IMG/VR virus record: IMGVR_UViG_3300023174_000068
Coordinates: 1-64,000 of that record
DNA length: 64,000 bases
Strand: one strand, 5' to 3'
Source: a virus
Positions 58,340 through 64,000 of this stretch are shown in pieces. The number at the start of each line of letters is the position of its first letter. The first letter of the stretch is position 1. The position numbers and the translations under genes were made by a program. The notes beneath the pieces are model-generated. The model worked only from the letters and a program-made list of their open reading frames with translations. It ran no database searches and was not told the origin of the DNA.

Positions 58340-59184
58340 ATGCTCTTTTTTTTGATATTGATTCTATAATAAAAGTAGAAAGCAAGGTTTGGGTTGTTTC
58401 AAAAAAATATCCCAATAGACCTTTAATCAAACTTAGCGAATCTGAATTTAATTTGATACAAACTGGAATTTTCAAAACCAAAGGTGTAGAGCTTAACATA
58501 TCAGGCAAGAATCAATGGATTAGCGAAGAGACTTATAATCTAATAAAATCAGCTTGTAAAAAAAACTCGGTTGATATAACTGCACTTGCTTTTTCAATGA
58601 AAGAATTTAATGACCCAGAAATAATTGATAGTTTAGAATATCATATCTTCAAAGAGCACCTAATCGATTGTAAAAATTACACCGGTCATATTTATCTACT
58701 TTGTTCAAAAAATACACTTAGAAACTACGAAAAAATTATACAAAAGGTGAAAAGTTACTTAGAATCAATTGGTGTAGAGTTATTTGGACACTATGCCTTA
58801 TCGGAAACTTTTTTCAATAGAGATGAAGATAAAATAGTGCAATCTAAGAACAAACTTTTGATACAACACTTAGTTGGATACAAAACCGATGATGATAAAT
58901 TTACAGACAATCAAATTCAGCAGTATAAAAACATCACCTATTATGACAGCGACTCCAAATCAATTGATTTTTCAAAAAGTATAAATAATCTACTAAAAAT
59001 TCTTTATGATAATTCAACTGATTCGATTAAAGATGAAATTAAGACCAAAGTTGATAACTCAGAAATAAAATTACTTTCAAACTTTGTAACCTACAATTTA
59101 AGTAACCCCTTTGTAAAGTTTGAGACAAAAATTAGCCTATATAATTTAGTAAAATCTTTTGAGAGTTTTAAGTGGAGAGACTAA
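58336..59184 (+). CDS. HAD-like hypothetical protein
   Basis: FFDIDS at the N-terminus, YYDSD late; C-terminal LVKSFESF tag-like motif. Confidence 0.65.
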   Translation: MNALFFDIDSIIKVESKVWVVSKKYPNRPLIKLSESEFNLIQTGIFKTKGVELNISGKNQWISEETYNLIKSACKKNSVDITALAFSMKEFNDPEIIDSLEYHIFKEHLIDCKNYTGHIYLLCSKNTLRNYEKIIQKVKSYLESIGVELFGHYALSETFFNRDEDKIVQSKNKLLIQHLVGYKTDDDKFTDNQIQQYKNITYYDSDSKSIDFSKSINNLLKILYDNSTDSIKDEIKTKVDNSEIKLLSNFVTYNLSNPFVKFETKISLYNLVKSFESFKWRD

Positions 59185-59807
59185 CCCCGTTTATCACTGT
59201 CTTTATTTAACATAGCCTTTTTTATCAACTCATTTAGATCCCTGTTACTTGTTATCACACCATCTTTAACCGACTGACCATCAACATCATCTGTTTTTAT
59301 ATCAGGATTTTCAATTTCGTTATATCCCATATCCTTTCTTAGCGTTTTATAAAACTTTTCCAAATCAGTTCTTTGACCCGAAAGGAATTTAGCATTTTCT
59401 CGTATTTGACCAATAGTTTGATTGACTACCTCGTGCATTCTAGCTGAATTATCACCGTTGTCTATTTGCCTAAGCTGTGATAAGAAGTTTTTTCTAGTCA
59501 TTTTAGTTAAAAATATTGCCTCGGCATAAACCATAGCATCTTCTTTCATTTTGTTTTTAATGTAGGGATGGTCTTTCAATTGTGGTATATCGCTTAGATA
59601 AAGATCTACTAACGACTCTAAAACACCCATTGATTGTTGAGAAGAAGTAGTTAAGTCAGAATCGTAGTCATAGATTTCGATTTCTCCTAAATTAGGAAGG
59701 TCTTCCGGTTTTGCAAGGTGTTTTGAAATATCAAAGTCGGTCCCCTCAGACTGAATCTGTTCGAATTCATCTTGTAATCTATTTCTTTCATTTTCGGACT
59801 TTGACAT
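59181..59807 (-). CDS. Helical hypothetical protein divergent from terL (terminase small subunit candidate)
   Basis: 208 aa; shares the TATATA at ~59826 with terL-N; function inferred from position only. Confidence 0.55.
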   Translation of the reverse strand: MSKSENERNRLQDEFEQIQSEGTDFDISKHLAKPEDLPNLGEIEIYDYDSDLTTSSQQSMGVLESLVDLYLSDIPQLKDHPYIKNKMKEDAMVYAEAIFLTKMTRKNFLSQLRQIDNGDNSARMHEVVNQTIGQIRENAKFLSGQRTDLEKFYKTLRKDMGYNEIENPDIKTDDVDGQSVKDGVITSNRDLNELIKKAMLNKDSDKRG

Positions 59808-59848
59808 AAAGGCGGTTTTTTACAATATATATTAAAAATAAAGTCTCC

Positions 59849-60376
59849 GTGATGGCAAAACAAGGTGAAGAATTAGAAAGGCAAATGATATTTACCACCA
59901 ATGTCGTAAATGAATCGACAGATAAGATTAATGATGGTATTGTCATTAAAAGATATCAAAATCCATGGCTAAAAAGTGAAGTGGGTGTAAGAAGAGCGGG
60001 TGTGGCATTTAAGATGACACAAGATGAACAACAGGAGTATATAAATTGCGCTTTGGATATACACTACTTTGTAGAAAAATACTGCAAAGTGAAAAGAGAA
60101 GATGGTTCAATTGGTAACATAAGTCTCAGGGATTATCAAAATGAAATACTTGATAATTTGGTAAATAGTCGATTTAATATAATAATGGCGAGTCGGCAAG
60201 TTGGAAAATGCTTTTCTTTTAACACAATAATATCGATTGAAAAAAATGATATCCAATATGATGTTAGAATAGGAAAGCTCTATTATTCAATGATTTCCAA
60301 AGAAAGAAAGCTTACAATTTTAGAAAAAATTAAGATTAAGTTATATGACTATCTATACAGATTAGAAAATCTCTAA
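59849..60376 (+). CDS. terL: Terminase large subunit (gp17-like), N-terminal half, ending in a 55-aa N-intein
   Basis: CALDIHYFVEKY..LRDYQ..IIMASRQVGK then CFSFNTII (intein block A). Confidence 0.92.
   Translation: MMAKQGEELERQMIFTTNVVNESTDKINDGIVIKRYQNPWLKSEVGVRRAGVAFKMTQDEQQEYINCALDIHYFVEKYCKVKREDGSIGNISLRDYQNEILDNLVNSRFNIIMASRQVGKCFSFNTIISIEKNDIQYDVRIGKLYYSMISKERKLTILEKIKIKLYDYLYRLENL
60209..60373 (+). mobile_element. Atypically split intein, N-fragment (55 aa), in TerL
   Basis: Cys1 after Walker A GK; ~30-aa core (..VRIGKLY) plus a helical extension. Confidence 0.88.
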
Positions 60377-60447
60377 ACAATACTTATTACTATCGGTGAT
60401 AATATTGCGAATAAACAAACGGGTATCTGAATTGAGATGTAATAAGT

Positions 60448-62172
60448 TTATTGAACTATAAATTCCCATTTAATTTTACCACAATCCCATATTTTTTTAA
60501 TATTTAACTTATTTTCACTTATACCGGTTTTTGATTTTCTAAATCTTGATTTATGAACTCTAATACCCTCAAAAATATATTTATAGTCTGGAACACTTGA
60601 ACTAACTTTTTTGAATCCTAATTTTTTATATAGATTGCCTTCGGACCAGTCACGGTCTGCATAACTAATAACCCGATCGACATTATAATTATTTAAAAAA
60701 TATTTAAATAATTTACTTGCCCCTCCTATAATATTATGGTCTATTCTATTGCAAAATCTATTTATGTTCCAACCGCTTATCTTTTTTCTCCCCTCGTAAT
60801 GATCGAAAGTCATTAAACTCACAAGTTCATCATTATAATAAAGACCTAATTTCAAACACGAAGCAGCCTTTCCTTGTATGTGGTTTTCTTCTAAGAATTT
60901 AGTAACTGCTACTGTATCTCCAATTTCTCTAACGCAGCATTTTCTGGCAAGTATTCTTTTATCAGTTAATCCTATCCAATTTTTTATTTGTGATTTTATT
61001 ATTTTGTTTTTAAACACCCAATCGTCTTCCCAGATATGTATAATCCTGATTCCTCTTTCACTAAAATATTTAGTTTTATCTAAATGGTAACTCTTATCTC
61101 TGTACTTATCTGAATGCCAATATAAACCATTGAATTCAAATCCTAAATTCAAATGGGGTAAATAAATATCTATTTCCAAACCATCCCTGTATGATTGTAT
61201 AATTTCCCCCTTATAGATTGATTTTATATACTCATAAAGTCCATTTTCCTTAATTGATTGAGAATCGCTTATTGGATTACAAACAGTACAAAGTGGTAGA
61301 TTAATTTCCTTTCTTTTCAAATAATTATCAGATGATATTTCGAATTGATGGCCTTTTTCACATTTGTATAATGATGTTTTATTTTTTAAATAAGTTATGA
61401 AATTCTCAGAAAATATTTTTTTACCAAATTTACTCAAGTTTGATTTATTATAATTATCAACTCCCCACTTTTTTATATTATCTAAACTTACCCTTTCTTT
61501 ACATTCTTCAGTTTTAGAATAGCTATCTACTCCCCATTTATATATTGATGTTTGTTTAATTTTATCTTTGAATTCTTCAGTTTTAGAATAATTATCAACT
61601 CCCCACTTATATAATGAGACTTCTTTAATCTTTTCTTTAATAACATCAGATTTTGACGGATTATCTACTCCCCATTTACTTAAACTTTTTTCTTTAAACT
61701 TGGTTTTAAATTCTCCGGTTTTTGAATAATGATCGACTCCCCACTTTTCTAATGTAGTTTGTTTAATTTTTTCCTTAAACTCATCAGTTTTGGAATAGTG
61801 CTCAACTCCCCACTTTTCTAAAATTTTATTTTCTAATATCTTTTTAACCTTTTTAGACTTCATTGGATTATCAACTCCCCACTTTTCAATATTAGTTTCT
61901 TTTCTTTTTAAATTAATACAATCTATTGAATTACAACAGTGTTTTTGTCCATCATTTTCTATCTTTAAATATTTTCTCCATTCAGTATCATACACACTTT
62001 TACAGAAATCACATATAGGTTTTACTTTATATCCTGATCCATTTGGTAGCATATTAACAGGTATTTTTAATTCTTGATTCGATTTGACACTCAATTTATC
62101 ACCGAATTGGTTTATTATTTTCTTTTGATTGTAGTTATTTACATATATAGTTGCGTATTCAGAAGATAGCAT
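60448..62172 (-). CDS. Free-standing putative homing endonuclease (Hef-like PD-(D/E)xK) with seven 23-aa KWGV repeats
   Basis: CDFC and C..GH..CTVC zinc motifs; EIDIYLP..GFEFNGLYWHS; IHIWEDDW; C-terminal ARKC..NHIQG..GGASKL..SYAD..IWDCG. Confidence 0.85.
   Translation of the reverse strand: MLSSEYATIYVNNYNQKKIINQFGDKLSVKSNQELKIPVNMLPNGSGYKVKPICDFCKSVYDTEWRKYLKIENDGQKHCCNSIDCINLKRKETNIEKWGVDNPMKSKKVKKILENKILEKWGVEHYSKTDEFKEKIKQTTLEKWGVDHYSKTGEFKTKFKEKSLSKWGVDNPSKSDVIKEKIKEVSLYKWGVDNYSKTEEFKDKIKQTSIYKWGVDSYSKTEECKERVSLDNIKKWGVDNYNKSNLSKFGKKIFSENFITYLKNKTSLYKCEKGHQFEISSDNYLKRKEINLPLCTVCNPISDSQSIKENGLYEYIKSIYKGEIIQSYRDGLEIDIYLPHLNLGFEFNGLYWHSDKYRDKSYHLDKTKYFSERGIRIIHIWEDDWVFKNKIIKSQIKNWIGLTDKRILARKCCVREIGDTVAVTKFLEENHIQGKAASCLKLGLYYNDELVSLMTFDHYEGRKKISGWNINRFCNRIDHNIIGGASKLFKYFLNNYNVDRVISYADRDWSEGNLYKKLGFKKVSSSVPDYKYIFEGIRVHKSRFRKSKTGISENKLNIKKIWDCGKIKWEFIVQ
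61440..61900 (-). repeat. Seven imperfect 69-bp coding repeats
   Basis: ACTCCCCA anchors at 61460, 61529, 61598, 61667, 61736, 61805, 61874; they encode KWGV(D/E)xxxK. Confidence 0.9.
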
Positions 62173-62188
62173 AATCTATATATAAAAT
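62173..62188. promoter_or_regulatory. Putative bidirectional TATATA late promoter
   Basis: 16-bp gap AATCTATATATAAAAT between two divergent start codons. Confidence 0.55.
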
Positions 62189-62626
62189 ATGATTAAATCT
62201 GTTTTAATAAGGATAATAAAGTTTTTAATAACTTTTATTGAAAGAGTAGAACTGAGAAATTCGTCACTAGACGAAAATGACATCAATAAAAAAATACTAA
62301 ATTCTATTAATGTTTTCGGGTTTAAAGTTAGAACTGATGCAGGATATGAAAAATTAACAGATTTGCATATAACCCAACCATATAGGCACTATGTTCTTAA
62401 AACAGATGGTTATGAATTATCATGTGCTGATAATCATATAGTCTTTGATAAGGACTATAATGAAGTATTTGTAAAAGATTTGGTGGTGAATGACATAATA
62501 CAAACAGAGTCAGGATTACAAAGAGTAATATCTTTAAAGCAGGATAACTTTAAATCATCTATGTTTGACGCAACCGTTAATCATCAAAACCACAGATTTT
62601 ACACAAATGGCATACTTTCACACAAT
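62189..62626 (+). mobile_element. Atypically split intein, C-fragment (146 aa), in TerL
   Basis: Block B CADNH, block F MFD, block G SHN/T; splicing restores SRQVGKT. Confidence 0.9.
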
Positions 62627-64000
62627 ACAATCTCATCGGCAATTTTCATGTTACATAAAATACTATTTGATAATGACAAAAACATTATGATAGTTGCAAA
62701 CAAAGGTGACACAGCTGTCGAGATTGTTGATAAAGTAAAATCAATTTATTCACTACTGCCATTTTTTCTAAAACCCGGTGTCAAAACTTGGAATCAAAAA
62801 TCTTTAACTTTTGAAAACGGTTGTCGTATCAAAACTTCAGCTAGAACAAAAACACCAGCGATTGGTTTTACTATTGATGTGCTCTATTTAGATGAGTTTG
62901 CCCATATTCCATCAAATATCATTGAACCATACTACACGGCGGCTTTTCCAACTACAGCGGCGGTTCAGAACTCAAAAATAATTATAACATCAACTCCAAA
63001 TGGAATGAATCTATTTCACAGGCTACTTACAGATGCTGAAAGACCAGAAGGTGATCCGCAAAAAAACAACTATAAACCAATGCGGGTTTATTGGTACCAA
63101 GTTCCTGGAAGATTCGTTACCTACATTAGATTAAATTCACATAAACTATGGGATAACAAGTTAACGAAAGAAGATGTGTTAGAACAATGTAGGGAAAAAT
63201 TTGAAATGCGAACAAAAGTAGAAATGATTTGGAATTCTGATTTACAAAAAGACATCATTTGTGTTTATAATAATGAGCACTGCTCTGATGACGAAGTAAA
63301 ATCAACTATGATAAAGACCGAGAACAGAGAAATTTCAATTAGGTTAATTTCAGAAGTCACTACCTGGAAAGAAGAAGCTATCAAGGATATTGGAGGCGAA
63401 GACGCCTTTAATCAGGAATATGGTCTAAGGTTTATAAACGAATCTAAATCCTTATTAAATGAATCCATTATCGATGAGCTATTGAGGAGTAAGAAAAATT
63501 ATATTTTTGAGGAGATTGCTGAATTTGAGAGGATTAAGTTTGATTATTCAGACTTAAAATGGATAGATGATGAAGAAATTTATTTACCAATAAAAAGAAA
63601 GGATTACAAAATTGTAATATCTGTTGACTTAGCCGAAGGTCTAGGTCAAGATTACTCCGTAATTAACATTTTCAAAGTTGGCGTAAAACCAACGGATTTA
63701 ATAGAACTTCAAAAGGCTAAATACGAATCGATTGTTGATTTTTTTAGATTAGAACAAATTGGAATTTATCGAAGCAATATTATTTCAATAAAACAAGTAG
63801 CAGAACTTCTTTATCTACTAGCCTTCGAATTTTTTAATCCAGAAAATGTCAAAATTGTTTTAGAGTTAAACAACTATGGCAATACGCTGCTTGCAGAAAT
63901 GCCCCACGTCTTTGAAGGAAATAATGATTACGGTTCCTCAATTTTTATGAGATATAAACACAGAATTGATTCAAATGAAGAAAAAGTAGGTCTCAAAGTC
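62189..64000 (+). CDS. terL: Terminase large subunit, C-terminal half, preceded by a 146-aa C-intein (runs off the window)
   Basis: Manual translation: MIKSVLIRIIK..LSCADNH..MFD..RFYTNGILSHN|TISSA..IVANK..FENG..LYLDEFAHI..IITSTPNG..FNQEY..SVDLAEGLGQDYS. Confidence 0.93.
   Translation, partial: MIKSVLIRIIKFLITFIERVELRNSSLDENDINKKILNSINVFGFKVRTDAGYEKLTDLHITQPYRHYVLKTDGYELSCADNHIVFDKDYNEVFVKDLVVNDIIQTESGLQRVISLKQDNFKSSMFDATVNHQNHRFYTNGILSHNTISSAIFMLHKILFDNDKNIMIVANKGDTAVEIVDKVKSIYSLLPFFLKPGVKTWNQKSLTFENGCRIKTSARTKTPAIGFTIDVLYLDEFAHIPSNIIEPYYTAAFPTTAAVQNSKIIITSTPNGMNLFHRLLTDAERPEGDPQKNNYKPMRVYWYQVPGRFVTYIRLNSHKLWDNKLTKEDVLEQCREKFEMRTKVEMIWNSDLQKDIICVYNNEHCSDDEVKSTMIKTENREISIRLISEVTTWKEEAIKDIGGEDAFNQEYGLRFINESKSLLNESIIDELLRSKKNYIFEEIAEFERIKFDYSDLKWIDDEEIYLPIKRKDYKIVISVDLAEGLGQDYSVINIFKVGVKPTDLIELQKAKYESIVDFFRLEQIGIYRSNIISIKQVAELLYLLAFEFFNPENVKIVLELNNYGNTLLAEMPHVFEGNNDYGSSIFMRYKHRIDSNEEKVGLKV

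Noticed and set aside
2168-61090. Short (60-115 aa) track ORFs nested in or antisense to longer genes
   Set aside because: They overlap well-supported genes and show no independent motifs or expression signals.
61440-61900. 69-bp periodic repeats resembling a CRISPR array
   Set aside because: The period is a multiple of 3, copies vary at synonymous sites, intervening segments resemble each other, and all lie in frame in the endonuclease ORF; no cas genes are present.
1-64000. Stop-codon reassignment as the explanation for fragmented genes
   Set aside because: Coding density is high in the standard code, TAG and TGA end several well-bounded genes, and the breaks coincide with intein ends and TAA stops.
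1-64000. Eukaryotic giant virus origin (eukaryote-like RNR, NEIL1-like glycosylase, glycosyltransferases)
   Set aside because: Tail sheath, tail tube, gp17-like terminase, gp41 and gp47 homologs and bacterial promoters indicate a tailed bacteriophage.

Overview
This AT-rich window is part of a large T4-like (myovirus, probably jumbo) phage genome read in the standard code. It carries replication and nucleotide genes (class Ia RNR alpha, gp41/DnaB helicase, DinG-like helicase, the N-terminal half of a family B polymerase, thyA, a Nei-like glycosylase, a gp47/SbcD nuclease), structural genes (tail sheath, tail tube, gp26/gp51-like pair, probable tape measure, 1934-aa baseplate/tail protein, terminase large subunit) and a glycosyltransferase/sulfotransferase cluster. 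Three (T/A)TTG-N19-TATATTTG promoters and the absence of obvious Shine-Dalgarno sites point to a Bacteroidota host (inference). Four things stand out. (1) Three ATPase genes are fractured by naturally split inteins: DinG (canonical split in the DECH motif, same-strand endonuclease between the halves), TerL (atypical split, antisense endonuclease between) and DnaB (atypical split, apparently only a relic of an endonuclease left). (2) About 14 otherwise unrelated proteins, several with membrane helices, carry a short K-x-[FY]-x-x-[FY]...E tag resembling the T4 capsid-targeting sequence, and the promoter-plus-tag module is duplicated as a 68-bp cassette. (3) Three promoter classes can be read from the sequence. 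(4) There is an intein-less split polB, a minimal PolA/T7-RNAP-fold protein and a ligase-fold protein lacking its catalytic lysine. All calls are by eye from motifs; no database searches were run.
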